Positions 40,629 to 51,077 of a DNA stretch of 64,000 nt are shown one piece after another. Both the position numbers and the translations under genes were made by a program. The notes under the pieces were generated by a model. That model was given only the letters and a program-made list of their open reading frames with translations. It was not told where the DNA came from and did not search any database. How positions within the stretch are numbered: the first letter of the stretch is position 1; each line of letters starts with the position of its first letter. Source of the stretch: an uncultured Candidatus Saccharibacteria bacterium. GTDB lineage: Bacteria > Patescibacteriota > Saccharimonadia > Saccharimonadales > AWTP1-31. The stretch lies in NCBI GenBank assembly GCA_964634445.1, contig CAZWJA010000002.1, forward strand, positions 9,844 through 73,843. The letters are read 5' to 3'.

Positions 40629-41429
40629 ATGAAACATATATTTTCAAAGAAGAACCGCGCATTATTAAGCGAACTAGTTAGGACTGATTTTAAACTCAGA
40701 TATCAAGGTTCGGTCTTGGGCTATACTTGGTCTTTACTCCGTCCTCTTCTACTTTTCTTAATACTTTATGTTGTTTTTGTTAAATTCCTTAAAATAGGCA
40801 GCGGAGTTCCCCATTACCCCATCTATCTTTTGCTCGGCATAGTTATGTGGAACTTTTTTTCTGAGATGACAAGCCTAAGCCTTAGTTCGATAGTTGGCCG
40901 GGGCGACCTAATCAGAAAAATCCGAATTCCAAGATGGATAATTGTACTTTCAAGCAGCGTAACTGCTCTAATTAACTTAGGTCTTAATTTAATCGTGGTA
41001 TTCATTTTTTTACTTTTTAACCATGTCGACATCATGCGCAGTATTCTAGTGCTTCCATTTATTCTCCTCCAACTGTATTTATTTGCTCTTGGAATCTCTC
41101 TTATTTTAGCTACTGCTTTTGTAAAGTACCGAGACATTACGCATATATGGGAAGTATCCCTTCAGGGACTTTTTTATCTTACTCCCATCTTGTATCCTTT
41201 GGCATTAATTTCTAACCCACTCTTTCAGAAAATACTAATGATTAGCCCGATTGCTAATGCAATCCAAGATGCACGGTACGCTGCAGTAACACATGAGACC
41301 ATGACAATAGCTACTGTATATGGATCCAGATACGCTAGGTTAATACCCTACGCAGTTTCTGCCATAATCTTAGCTGTAGGCGTTATATATTTCAAGAATC
41401 AGGCTAAAAACTTTGCAGAGGATCTATAA
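40629..41429 (+). CDS. ABC-2 type polysaccharide/teichoic-acid exporter permease (Wzm/TagG-like)
   Basis: Six TM helices. N-terminal RTDFKLRYQGSVLGYTWSLLRPLL motif. TAATG overlap with the ATPase gene. Confidence 0.85.
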   Translation: MKHIFSKKNRALLSELVRTDFKLRYQGSVLGYTWSLLRPLLLFLILYVVFVKFLKIGSGVPHYPIYLLLGIVMWNFFSEMTSLSLSSIVGRGDLIRKIRIPRWIIVLSSSVTALINLGLNLIVVFIFLLFNHVDIMRSILVLPFILLQLYLFALGISLILATAFVKYRDITHIWEVSLQGLFYLTPILYPLALISNPLFQKILMISPIANAIQDARYAAVTHETMTIATVYGSRYARLIPYAVSAIILAVGVIYFKNQAKNFAEDL

Positions 41430-42610
41430 TGGATGACTTGGCAATAAAAGTCGAAAATGTTACCAAGTCTTTTAAGTTACCACACGAGAAGCAATCCTCT
41501 ATCAAAGGTGCAGCGCTGTCAATATTAAGGAAAAAAAGAACTTTTGAAAAACAAAACGTACTAAAAAATATATCATTTGAAATTAATAAAGGGCAGTTTT
41601 TCGGTATTGTTGGAAAAAATGGAAGTGGAAAGAGCACTCTACTCAAATTATTGGCCGGAATATATTCTCCAGATTCTGGCGGCATTTCGATAAATGGTAG
41701 CTTGACCCCTTTTATAGAGCTGGGAGTTGGATTTAATCCTGAGCTTACAGGGCGAGAGAATGTGTATCTAAATGGAGCGCTACTTGGCTTTAACCGTAAA
41801 GAGATGGAACCAATGTACGATGATATTGTTGACTTTGCGGAATTAGAAAAATTCATGGATCAGAAGCTAAAAAATTATTCGTCAGGAATGCAGGTACGAT
41901 TAGCTTTTTCAATTGCAATTAGAGCAAGAAGCAATATTTTGCTGATCGATGAAGTTTTAGCTGTAGGAGATATTGCATTTCAACAAAAGTGTTATCAGGT
42001 TTTTGACGATCTGAAAGATGAAAAAAGAACTATTGTTTTAGTTACACATGATATGTCAGCGGTACAACGATTTTGTGATAAGGCTATTGTAATTGATAAG
42101 GGGAAGATACTTAAATCCGGTAAACCGAGCGATATTGCAGAGACTTATCTGGAATTAAATTATGAAAATGAGACTAACAATATTACAGAAAATAACCATT
42201 TAAAAAATATTGAAGGCGTCGGTATTGAAAGAGCGGACCTAAGTGACGGCTCTAAAAAAAGTAATAGTTTCAATACTGGCGATAAATTACAAATATCTAT
42301 TGATTTCGTTAACACTAAGAATAAGCCCATCAGTTTTGGCATTCAGATTTTCAGCAGCGAAGGAGCATATTGTTTTGGTAGCAATACCAAACTACTAGGA
42401 CTCAAACCTACGAGTAGAAGTAGCGGTAGTGTCAGACTAGAAGTTAAAACTGCTCTTAATAAAGGAACTTACTATATAACTGCGGTTGCTATGAACGAAA
42501 CTTTAAGCAAAGTTTACGACTATAAACCAAAAATCTTGAAGTTTAGAGTTCATAGCTCAAATGAATTTCAAGGCGTAGTTTTAATGGACCATACTTGGGA
42601 GATAAATTAA
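41429..42610 (+). CDS. ABC exporter ATP-binding protein (Wzt/TagH-like) with ~150-aa C-terminal extra domain
   Basis: Walker A GKNGSGKST, signature YSSGMQVRL, Walker B ILLIDEVLAVGD. A beta-rich C-terminal extension covers residues ~250-393. Confidence 0.9.
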   Translation: MDDLAIKVENVTKSFKLPHEKQSSIKGAALSILRKKRTFEKQNVLKNISFEINKGQFFGIVGKNGSGKSTLLKLLAGIYSPDSGGISINGSLTPFIELGVGFNPELTGRENVYLNGALLGFNRKEMEPMYDDIVDFAELEKFMDQKLKNYSSGMQVRLAFSIAIRARSNILLIDEVLAVGDIAFQQKCYQVFDDLKDEKRTIVLVTHDMSAVQRFCDKAIVIDKGKILKSGKPSDIAETYLELNYENETNNITENNHLKNIEGVGIERADLSDGSKKSNSFNTGDKLQISIDFVNTKNKPISFGIQIFSSEGAYCFGSNTKLLGLKPTSRSSGSVRLEVKTALNKGTYYITAVAMNETLSKVYDYKPKILKFRVHSSNEFQGVVLMDHTWEIN

Positions 42611-42611
42611 A

Positions 42612-43535
42612 GTGTCAAATTATTCTGACAGTTCTTTTTCTAAAGACGAAAACAGTTCATGGTATAAAGTATACGGATTTATTAAACCCAATAGCACTAT
42701 ATTAGATATAGGCTGCAGTAGCGGTAATTTTGGTGAAATAATAAATGCTGAAAAAAAATGCATTGTAGATGGAGTTGAAATTTACGAAGATGATTTTATT
42801 GAAGCTAAAAAGAAATTGCGAAACGTATTTAAATTAGACATTGAAACCGATGATTTAAGTGCAATAAAAGAGAAGTACGATTATGTTTATTTTGGAGACG
42901 TGATAGAACATCTTAAAGACCCTGTTAAATCTCTGGTCAGGATAAAGAAGCTTCTAAACAGCAGCGGCCAAATAATTTTCTCTATACCGAACATGGCGCA
43001 CTTGTCGGTGCGTCTTATGTTGCTTCAGGGAAAGCTTGAGTACGGTGAGACCGGTCTGCTCGACAAGACTCACTTACACTTATATACCCATGAAGAAGTA
43101 CAAAGAGTATTTAATGAAGCAGGATTTCAAATTACTAAGCTCGACCCTGTGCTAAAAGATTTCCCCAAAGAATTAATTGGTAAAGAGTTGCAAAAAGTTG
43201 GACTGAAGCTAACTAATAAATTTGTAGAGTTTACTAGATCAACAGACGCCAGTGTCTATCAATATGTTGGAATGGCAAAACCAGGTTCCGCTATAAATAG
43301 TAAAAAATTAAATATTAGTAGCCCTGTTGATATATTCCAAGTTTATCTTAATCAGACAAAGAAGCATTTTGAAGCTAAAATAAAGCTACAAGAGGAACTT
43401 ATTCACCAGCTTGAAAAAACTAATACTGAATTGAGTGTAGAATATGCAAAAAGTCTTGAAGTTATTAACCAAAAACAAAACCCAGTGATTAAAAAATTAT
43501 ACAAGAAAATTACCAAGAAGATATACCGCCGATAA
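42612..43535 (+). CDS. Class I SAM-dependent methyltransferase with C-terminal coiled-coil
   Basis: Motif I ILDIGCSSGNFG. C-terminal heptad-like region KKHFEAKIKLQEELIHQLEKTNTELSVEYAKSLEVINQ. GTG start. Confidence 0.85.
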   Translation: MSNYSDSSFSKDENSSWYKVYGFIKPNSTILDIGCSSGNFGEIINAEKKCIVDGVEIYEDDFIEAKKKLRNVFKLDIETDDLSAIKEKYDYVYFGDVIEHLKDPVKSLVRIKKLLNSSGQIIFSIPNMAHLSVRLMLLQGKLEYGETGLLDKTHLHLYTHEEVQRVFNEAGFQITKLDPVLKDFPKELIGKELQKVGLKLTNKFVEFTRSTDASVYQYVGMAKPGSAINSKKLNISSPVDIFQVYLNQTKKHFEAKIKLQEELIHQLEKTNTELSVEYAKSLEVINQKQNPVIKKLYKKITKKIYRR

Positions 43536-43537
43536 TC

Positions 43538-45322
43538 ATGAAAAACAAATTTATAAACAAATTGTTGCCTATAGGTTCCACACAAAGAAAAGCATTGCGA
43601 AAAATACATTTTAAACTTGCAAAAAAAACCCGAAAATCAGACATAACCCCAGAAATAGATTATCCCACTTGGATTAAAACTCAGGAACCATTCTTATGGT
43701 CTGAACCAGTAGTTAGCCAGGATATATTAATTAGTATCATTGTTCCTTGTTATAACACCCCTGATAAATACCTTAAGCCACTAGTAGAATCTGTTATTTC
43801 TCAAAGTTATGATAACTGGGAATTATGTCTAGCCGACGGGTCTACAGACATAAAATATAGTAACCATATAGAAAATATTTCTAAAACAGATAGTCGAATC
43901 AGATATGTAAGAATTAACAAGAACCTGGGAATTGTCGGTAATACGAATGTAGGCATTAAAGCCGCAAAAGGAGACTATATTGCATTTTTAGATCACGATG
44001 ACACTTTGTCTAAATATGCATTGAATGAAGTAGCAAAAGTTTTAACAAATAATCCTAAATTAGATTTAATTTATAGTGATGAAGATAAGCTTACGGATGA
44101 CGGTAACGAGAGATTGCTACCATTTTTTAAACCTGATTGGTCACCAGATATGATGCTTGGCGTGAACTATATAACTCACTTTGTGGTCGCTAAAAAAACT
44201 ATTGTAAATAAAATTGGGGGTCTGAGAGCAGGATTCGACGGTGCTCAAGACTATGATTTTTTACTTAGATTTACAGAAGTAACAAGTAATATTTACCATA
44301 TTCCAAAAATTCTATACCATTGGAGGCAGGCTGATGGTTCTACTTCAAAAGCTGGTGGCGAAAAGTCGTATGCTGACGATGCTGGACAAAAAGCACTTAA
44401 AGATGCTGTTAAAAGGAGAAAAATAAAAGCTGAAGTTGTAGGAATTCCTAATAGACCCACTAATTACAGACTAAAATATATTTTACCTTCAATCCTACCT
44501 AAGGTATCTATTATTATACCGTTCAAAGATAAATCCGAACTACTCGAACAATGCGTTGGAAGTATAATCGGCAAGACGACTTATTCAAACTATGAGCTAA
44601 TACTCATTTCAAATAATAGTACGGAGATAAAACTATTTGAGTATTTAGAACTACTTAAAAAACACAAGAATATAAAAGTATTAGAATGGAATAAACCATT
44701 TAACTATTCAGCTGTTAATAATTATGGTAGAAGTAAAGCATCAGGGGAATATTTAATTCTGCTCAATAATGATACCGAAGTAATAACACCCAATTGGATG
44801 GAAGAATTAGTCGGTGTTGCATCGCAGAAAGACATTGGAGCAGTGGGTCCGCTACTATCCTATCCTAATAACGGGATCCAGCATGCAGGCATAGTACTAG
44901 GGCTCGGAGGAATGGCAGGTCATCCTTTTAGGAATTTAAAATCTGATCACTGGACACATTTTGGAATGGCCGCTTGGCCGCGAAATTACCTTGCAGTTAC
45001 TGGAGCATGTCTAGCAATTAAGGCAGAGAAGTATGATCAAGTTGGCGGCTTAGACGAGACTTTTATTATTGCCGGAAATGATGTTGCACTAGGAATAAAA
45101 TTATATGAAGCGGGTTATCGTAATATATATTGGCCGTTTGTCAAGCTATACCATTATGAAAATATATCAGTCGGCTCATATGAAAATGTTCCTATTTCTG
45201 ACTACAATCATTCATTGACTTACTATAAGCCGTATTTAGATTGGAAAGATCCGTATTTTAATTGTAATTTAGATCTCATGAATGAGCAGATTGATTTAAG
45301 GAGAAATTATGAGCAAAAGTAA
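43538..45322 (+). CDS. Two-domain family 2 glycosyltransferase
   Basis: Two GT-A modules: SIIVPCYNTPDKYL...FLDHDD and SIIIPFKDKSELL...LLNNDTE. Confidence 0.85.
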   Translation: MKNKFINKLLPIGSTQRKALRKIHFKLAKKTRKSDITPEIDYPTWIKTQEPFLWSEPVVSQDILISIIVPCYNTPDKYLKPLVESVISQSYDNWELCLADGSTDIKYSNHIENISKTDSRIRYVRINKNLGIVGNTNVGIKAAKGDYIAFLDHDDTLSKYALNEVAKVLTNNPKLDLIYSDEDKLTDDGNERLLPFFKPDWSPDMMLGVNYITHFVVAKKTIVNKIGGLRAGFDGAQDYDFLLRFTEVTSNIYHIPKILYHWRQADGSTSKAGGEKSYADDAGQKALKDAVKRRKIKAEVVGIPNRPTNYRLKYILPSILPKVSIIIPFKDKSELLEQCVGSIIGKTTYSNYELILISNNSTEIKLFEYLELLKKHKNIKVLEWNKPFNYSAVNNYGRSKASGEYLILLNNDTEVITPNWMEELVGVASQKDIGAVGPLLSYPNNGIQHAGIVLGLGGMAGHPFRNLKSDHWTHFGMAAWPRNYLAVTGACLAIKAEKYDQVGGLDETFIIAGNDVALGIKLYEAGYRNIYWPFVKLYHYENISVGSYENVPISDYNHSLTYYKPYLDWKDPYFNCNLDLMNEQIDLRRNYEQK

Positions 45323-46619
45323 ACTTATAAAAAAAGGCGTTAGGGTACTAAAAAAACAAGGTCCAAAGACATTTGCGAAAAAATCTGCAAAATTTATCAA
45401 GAATAAATCAGTTCGTACCGTTTATCATGCTCTCCCAGTAGCAATGCGCAAGAGGATTGATTTAAAAAATCAAGAATATAATTTTATAAGTAATAATATT
45501 TTTCAAATTGATTCACGTGATATAGCAAAAAGTCAAAAAGTGACTAGCGGTCCTACACCAGAATCAATTCAGTCGGCTACTTGGTTTGTGCCACACTTTG
45601 ATCATCTTGCATTTGGGGGTATCTATACAATTTTCCGATTTATTGAGTACTTTGCCCTACAAGGTGTTCATAACAGGTTAGTAATCTATGATAATTATGA
45701 CCTTCAAGAAAAAGACGTTAGAGATAAAATATTAAAATCATTTCCTAAAATGACTAATCTTGAAATAGTAATTTTCAATCAGGAAACTGACTCCTTAGAA
45801 GATTTACCTGAAACTGACATTGCGGTTTGTACATTTTGGGTTTCTGCTTACTTCTTATTGAAATTTAATAAAACGAGGCGCAAATACTATTTTATACAGG
45901 ATTATGAGCCATTATTTTATGCCGGAGGGGCAACTTTTGCACTTGCCGAGTCTACCTACCGTTTTGGTTTCCGAGGCATAGTAAATACACCTGGGTTGCT
46001 TGCTGCAGTCCACCAAAGGCACGGTATTGAAGGTATAAGTTTTATACCGTCTGTAGACAAAACGCTTTATTATCCGGACGAAACCGATAAATCAAATAAA
46101 AGAGTAAAAATATTCTTCTATGCTCGACCTCTAAATCCTAGAAATGCATTTAATTTGGGTATTCAGATAATTAAACAGCTCCAGCTTAAGTACAAGGATA
46201 AGATTGAAATTGTTACTGCAGGTGCAGACTGGAAAGAAAGACAGTACGGTTTATACGGTACAATAAATAATAAAGGACTTTTAAAAACTTTGCCGGAAGT
46301 AGCTGATTTGTATCGGGAGTGTGACATCGGTTTTGTCTATATGCTTTCCAAGCATCCGTCTTACCAGCCATTCGAATTTATGGCTTCAGGCATGGCTACC
46401 GTTAGTAACTTTAACGAAGATAATCTTTGGTTTTTAAAGCATGAATCAAACTGCCTACTTGCAGAACCGTCTCCTAAAGCAATGGTAGAGCAAATCAGCA
46501 GGCTTATAGATGATGTTGACCTACGTAACAAAATTATTGCAAACGGTATAAAAACTGTAGATAACGAATGGGAAACCCAGTTAAGTATAATCTGGAATGA
46601 CCTAACTAAGTCCAAATAA
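45309..46619 (+). CDS. Putative GT-B glycosyltransferase (possibly WsaF-like rhamnosyltransferase)
   Basis: Two Rossmann-like halves. The C-terminal FVYMLSKHPSYQPFEFMASGMATVS resembles the GT-B nucleotide-sugar pocket. The family call is tentative. Confidence 0.55.
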   Translation: MSKSKLIKKGVRVLKKQGPKTFAKKSAKFIKNKSVRTVYHALPVAMRKRIDLKNQEYNFISNNIFQIDSRDIAKSQKVTSGPTPESIQSATWFVPHFDHLAFGGIYTIFRFIEYFALQGVHNRLVIYDNYDLQEKDVRDKILKSFPKMTNLEIVIFNQETDSLEDLPETDIAVCTFWVSAYFLLKFNKTRRKYYFIQDYEPLFYAGGATFALAESTYRFGFRGIVNTPGLLAAVHQRHGIEGISFIPSVDKTLYYPDETDKSNKRVKIFFYARPLNPRNAFNLGIQIIKQLQLKYKDKIEIVTAGADWKERQYGLYGTINNKGLLKTLPEVADLYRECDIGFVYMLSKHPSYQPFEFMASGMATVSNFNEDNLWFLKHESNCLLAEPSPKAMVEQISRLIDDVDLRNKIIANGIKTVDNEWETQLSIIWNDLTKSK

Positions 46620-46623
46620 AGAC

Positions 46624-49032
46624 TTATTGTATATCAGAGCCTGATGGAATTAAGTTAAATAATTCGTCGGTTACTGTAATAGTATTACCTGAGTTTCCAC
46701 CTCTAGATAAGTAACTATTATAAGATAACAAGTGATGTTTAGTACCGTTTTCAGCATAATATAAGCCATACTGCTGATTTAATAGGAAATTGCCGACATT
46801 ATTAGTAGTGGGTATTTTATTTAGCACGTTTGAGGTTAAAGTTTGGAAAGAATTACTATTAATTCCCCATCTTGTAATTGCACTGCTATTAATGTTTGAT
46901 TTATTACCATTTAGAATTAAGTACTTGTTACCGCTTGAATCTTGAACAAGTGGAGTTAAATCATCTGTTCCAGTGTATGCAGTGTCAATTGATGTATTGG
47001 GGTTATATAGGATATTACCATGATTCAGATTAAAGTAAGTCAAGTATGACCAGGATGGAATATGATATTTAGAATTACCATCTACCATCCAAATACCTGA
47101 ATTATTAGCAAATAGTGAGCCATCTGCAAGTTTTTGAGCGCCATCAGGAAATAGGCTTTTCGTATAATTGGAAATAGGTAGTAGTTGAGCAATATTCAAA
47201 CCCAGTCCAGTAAAGTCCTGCCAAGACGGTACGTGACGGCTATTGCCAGCTTGAAGCAGATTAACTGCGCCGTTTGGCAATCGAGTATACGGACCGAAAG
47301 CTGCTGTCGGAAGTTTTGACAAAAGCTCTAACTCGAAATTCTGCCAAGTAGGGGATGGCATGTCACTTGTGTTGTTAGTAACGTTAATTTTTCGGCCTTG
47401 GTCAACCAAGTATTTAGAAGTTCCATCCGTTGACCAGACGCTTACGTCAGGACTAGTATTTGCCGGAGGTGAGCTTGTATATGTAGAAGTAGGTGGATTA
47501 AGTAATGCTTGAGATCCCATATTCCATGCGCTGTAAACATCATAACTAGGTACCTTATGAAACGTAAATGTAGCTGGATCGTAAAGAACCACAGGTGTTG
47601 TAGGGGTAAATTGCAGGGCTACTTGATGACTTATTTGTAGTGGACCCAAAGGTTGTCTGGCATTAATTTCCTGTGTCCATATAACATTATTCCAGCTGAA
47701 ACCTAGATCTGAAAATGACTCCCCGTCTGCAATAGGGTGCTTTTTACCATCCTGAAGACGGTAGGCGACATTATTAGAAACCATAACCGGCGGAACTACT
47801 CCCAAACCTGGCAGGGACTGGTGAAGTTCTGAACCTGGGATGGTCTTCATAATATTAGTATTGAAACATTCGAATCCCCATGCCGTACAAATTTCACCAG
47901 TTGTTATAGCATATCTGTTTCCGTTATCCATGAATTGAATATGTGGATAGTCACGGCTTGTAGAAATAGTGCTTAGCGTTCCATCATCGGTGTATTGCGA
48001 TAAATATTCTTCGGATACTGGTATAACTGGTTCGAATTGTAATCTATAAGATATGAAGGTATCGTAATTTGCCAACCTATATTTTTTTTGGGCATAACTA
48101 CCGTCCGGCATTAATCCGTCTGCAACAAGCCATACCTGGCCAGTAACGGTTGATTGACGCAACCATTTTCCGGAAAGCTTTGTGCTGCCGAACCAGTCAT
48201 TAAATAATCTCCAGAAATTTCTATTACCATACGCACTACATCCGTCTCCTGTACCATATAAATTATTCAGTGCGGCTGCGTTAGGCTGATAAGGGGTATA
48301 GTTATACAAAGCAGCGGTTGCCCGGTTTGAAATATTTACATTCGATCCACCACAGGCGGTATTCGGGTTATATAGTACGTTACTTGTAGTCCCGGATTTA
48401 AAATTAAATCTCTCAGCCTGCTTTGAGTATCTCTGGAACTGATGTGCTGCATTGTATACCTGGTTAAAAAAACCGTAGTATTCCGCATCGCAAGCTGCGG
48501 TGTCGGGGCAGCCATATCCCGTTGCACTACGATATTGAATCGGCCAAGGCCACTCATCAGTTACGAGGCTTTGTTCTTTTTGAAGTAATACTATCAATGC
48601 TTTAGCATTTACTGAACATGATTGTGCAACGCTATAAATAATGTCAGCTGAAGATTTTGTACCTCCACTAATTGCTCCGCAGTAAGCGTCAGCACTTAAA
48701 GACGGAATCGTCTGGCTATAGTCCTTTAAGCACGTATAAGGTGCTGGTGCGCCATGGGCGGCTCCCCAATCTGCACGAGTAGCATAGCCAGCATGGCCTG
48801 ATGCACCTGATCCGCTATTGTCACAAACTGGTACTTTGGAATTCAGAAAAGCTTGAATCATTGAAGGGTTTATCGTGCTGTTATTAAAAAAGACAGTGTC
48901 ATCTATTATATTGCCATTATTAAATTCGCCACCCGAGAGGGCTGATGTTTTTGCTGGCATGCACAATATATTAATTGTGATAGCAGACGACAGAATAAAT
49001 AAAAGAATATTAATTTTGCTAGTTAGTTTCAT
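46624..49032 (-). CDS. Large secreted repeat-containing protein of unknown function
   Basis: Start taken at M25 (MKLTSKINILLFILSSAITINILCMPAKTSA signal peptide), which gives an ATGA overlap with the upstream gene. About eight degenerate repeats of the type xG(N/S/K)x(K/R)(Y/H)x(I/V)...(F/W/Y)xxxG(F/L/I). Confidence 0.7.
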   Translation of the reverse strand: MKLTSKINILLFILSSAITINILCMPAKTSALSGGEFNNGNIIDDTVFFNNSTINPSMIQAFLNSKVPVCDNSGSGASGHAGYATRADWGAAHGAPAPYTCLKDYSQTIPSLSADAYCGAISGGTKSSADIIYSVAQSCSVNAKALIVLLQKEQSLVTDEWPWPIQYRSATGYGCPDTAACDAEYYGFFNQVYNAAHQFQRYSKQAERFNFKSGTTSNVLYNPNTACGGSNVNISNRATAALYNYTPYQPNAAALNNLYGTGDGCSAYGNRNFWRLFNDWFGSTKLSGKWLRQSTVTGQVWLVADGLMPDGSYAQKKYRLANYDTFISYRLQFEPVIPVSEEYLSQYTDDGTLSTISTSRDYPHIQFMDNGNRYAITTGEICTAWGFECFNTNIMKTIPGSELHQSLPGLGVVPPVMVSNNVAYRLQDGKKHPIADGESFSDLGFSWNNVIWTQEINARQPLGPLQISHQVALQFTPTTPVVLYDPATFTFHKVPSYDVYSAWNMGSQALLNPPTSTYTSSPPANTSPDVSVWSTDGTSKYLVDQGRKINVTNNTSDMPSPTWQNFELELLSKLPTAAFGPYTRLPNGAVNLLQAGNSRHVPSWQDFTGLGLNIAQLLPISNYTKSLFPDGAQKLADGSLFANNSGIWMVDGNSKYHIPSWSYLTYFNLNHGNILYNPNTSIDTAYTGTDDLTPLVQDSSGNKYLILNGNKSNINSSAITRWGINSNSFQTLTSNVLNKIPTTNNVGNFLLNQQYGLYYAENGTKHHLLSYNSYLSRGGNSGNTITVTDELFNLIPSGSDIQ

Positions 49033-49583
49033 TTTATTTCCATATCCTGTTTTGCGGATATTCCTTCGGCACTGGAAGAGGTATAGCTTACCGATAGAGT
49101 CCACTTTGATATTCCGTTAAATTCACTTTTTTGAATTAATACTGGTTCGCAGTTGGTATTAGAAACGTTTGCAAATGCATTCACAGTCTTAGAAATGGTT
49201 TTACTACCGCTAATAAAAATTAAATTACATGTGCCACTATCTTCTACTATTCCAGGGACATAAGTATTTATTGTAATTGGAGTACTAGATTGACTTGATG
49301 AACTTGTAATAACTGGTGTAACCGTTTTTTTGCCAGAATTTTGAACCTGGCTATTCTCATATTGTTTTGCAAGGTCGTCCTTATGATCTTCAGCATCTTT
49401 TTTTTCTTGATCAGTAGGGGGATCATAATTGACGCTTCCAGCCTTAAGCGGAACTGGTGAAACTTTGTTATCCTTACTTTGCCTATTTGAAAAATAAACA
49501 ACCAAACATAAAATAATTGCAGCCAGTAACAGTATCGGAATTAATACCTTCTTTTTATTATTTTTTAGCTTATTATTTATCAT
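49029..49583 (-). CDS. N-terminally anchored Ser-rich extracytoplasmic protein (hypothetical)
   Basis: Lys-rich N-terminus, a single TM (VLIPILLLAAIILCLVVYF), and a Ser/Thr-rich linker. Coupled to the downstream 802-aa gene. Confidence 0.65.
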   Translation of the reverse strand: MINNKLKNNKKKVLIPILLLAAIILCLVVYFSNRQSKDNKVSPVPLKAGSVNYDPPTDQEKKDAEDHKDDLAKQYENSQVQNSGKKTVTPVITSSSSQSSTPITINTYVPGIVEDSGTCNLIFISGSKTISKTVNAFANVSNTNCEPVLIQKSEFNGISKWTLSVSYTSSSAEGISAKQDMEIK

Positions 49584-49717
49584 AGGGGCTTTTTATTTTA
49601 TCACTTATTGTGCTTATGCTCAATTATCTCATTTTAATTACATTGTTGCAATATGATGGAAATATTCAATCGCAAATGAATCGAATAATTATCTATATAA
49701 TGTAGAATGTATATTAA

Positions 49718-51049
49718 GTGAATATCATTTTAAAGCGTATCAAATCCTTAAGTAAAATCCAGATAAGTCTGATCGTACTTTGCCTAATACCTGTTTTGTT
49801 AATTATAATTTCAACTTTGCATTTCTCAGAACATGTTCCATTTTGGGACCAATGGGAGCTGGTTGAGATTTTTAGGAATTCGAGTAAGGGAACACTCGGT
49901 TGGCATGATTTTTGGGCTCAACATAACGAACACCGGATTCTTTTCCCAAGGCTGATTATGTTTTCACTTGCCTTTTTTACAAATTGGGACCCATACTATG
50001 AAACAATAGTTAATTTAGTTCTAGGTATTTCAACGACTGCTCTTTTTGCAATGGTAATGAAGAAAACATTGCCTAAAGATTCCAGATTATTATTTACAAT
50101 TCCTCTAATAGTTTTTATGGTATTGTCTCCAATTCAGTGGGAGAACTGGTTATGGGGCTGGCAGATCCAGTGGTTTCTAAGTGTTATTACTGTGGCTATT
50201 TGTTTGTATCATATATCTTTGAAAAAACTTAACTATAAAAAGTTAAGTATAGCCGTATTTGCGGCGACCGTAGCAACCTATTCTCTTGCTAACGGAGTTA
50301 CAATTTGGCCAATAGTACTTTTGATTCTGATCATAAGAAAGGCAGACATCAAATCTCTAATATACTGGTCGATCTCAGGAATAATCATAAGTGGGATAAA
50401 TTATATTAACTATGTTAATCCTACAGCGCTTCCATCTAAATCACTTTTCTTGCATCAGCCAATAAACTTTGTTCATTACATTCTAATTTACATTGGCCGT
50501 CCGTTATCATTTGATATTCATGATTCACCATATGTCGGACTATTTATCTTGCTAAGCTTTACTTTGGCAGTGAACTATTTGTTTATGAGACATCGAGAAG
50601 TTTTTGTTAAGCAATTATTTTGGTTTGGATTAGCGTTATACGGTTTAGCTGGTGCAATATTGACTGCCGTTTCTAGGTTAGGGTTAGGAATAGATCAATC
50701 TTATTCAATTAGATATACCACTGTATCAACCTTATTTATTATTGGAACCATCAATCTTGTAATTCACGCAGCTTATCAAATAGTTAAGAATAATAAGTAT
50801 AGCAGTAAACGATCGTTACAATACTTTATGATATTATTCTTTGTTCCAATAATTACTTTTACGGGCATTAATTATTTTAAAGGTTTTTCGCAAATGTCTG
50901 AACAGCATAAGCACCTAGTTAAAGTAAGGCAGTGCCTAATTAACGCAGAATCTGAAAATGACACATGCTTACTTCTAGCTTATCCAGACAACAAAATTGC
51001 CTGGGACAGATTGAAATATTTACGTCAAAAAGATTTGGGTGGTTTTTAA
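49718..51049 (+). CDS. Polytopic membrane protein, GT-C-like (inferred)
   Basis: 443 aa with about 11-12 predicted TM helices and a short soluble C-terminus. No soluble-enzyme motifs. Lies in glycan locus context. Confidence 0.6.
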   Translation: MNIILKRIKSLSKIQISLIVLCLIPVLLIIISTLHFSEHVPFWDQWELVEIFRNSSKGTLGWHDFWAQHNEHRILFPRLIMFSLAFFTNWDPYYETIVNLVLGISTTALFAMVMKKTLPKDSRLLFTIPLIVFMVLSPIQWENWLWGWQIQWFLSVITVAICLYHISLKKLNYKKLSIAVFAATVATYSLANGVTIWPIVLLILIIRKADIKSLIYWSISGIIISGINYINYVNPTALPSKSLFLHQPINFVHYILIYIGRPLSFDIHDSPYVGLFILLSFTLAVNYLFMRHREVFVKQLFWFGLALYGLAGAILTAVSRLGLGIDQSYSIRYTTVSTLFIIGTINLVIHAAYQIVKNNKYSSKRSLQYFMILFFVPIITFTGINYFKGFSQMSEQHKHLVKVRQCLINAESENDTCLLLAYPDNKIAWDRLKYLRQKDLGGF

Positions 51050-51077
51050 ACTTAAAGCTAGTTGATTAATATTCTTA

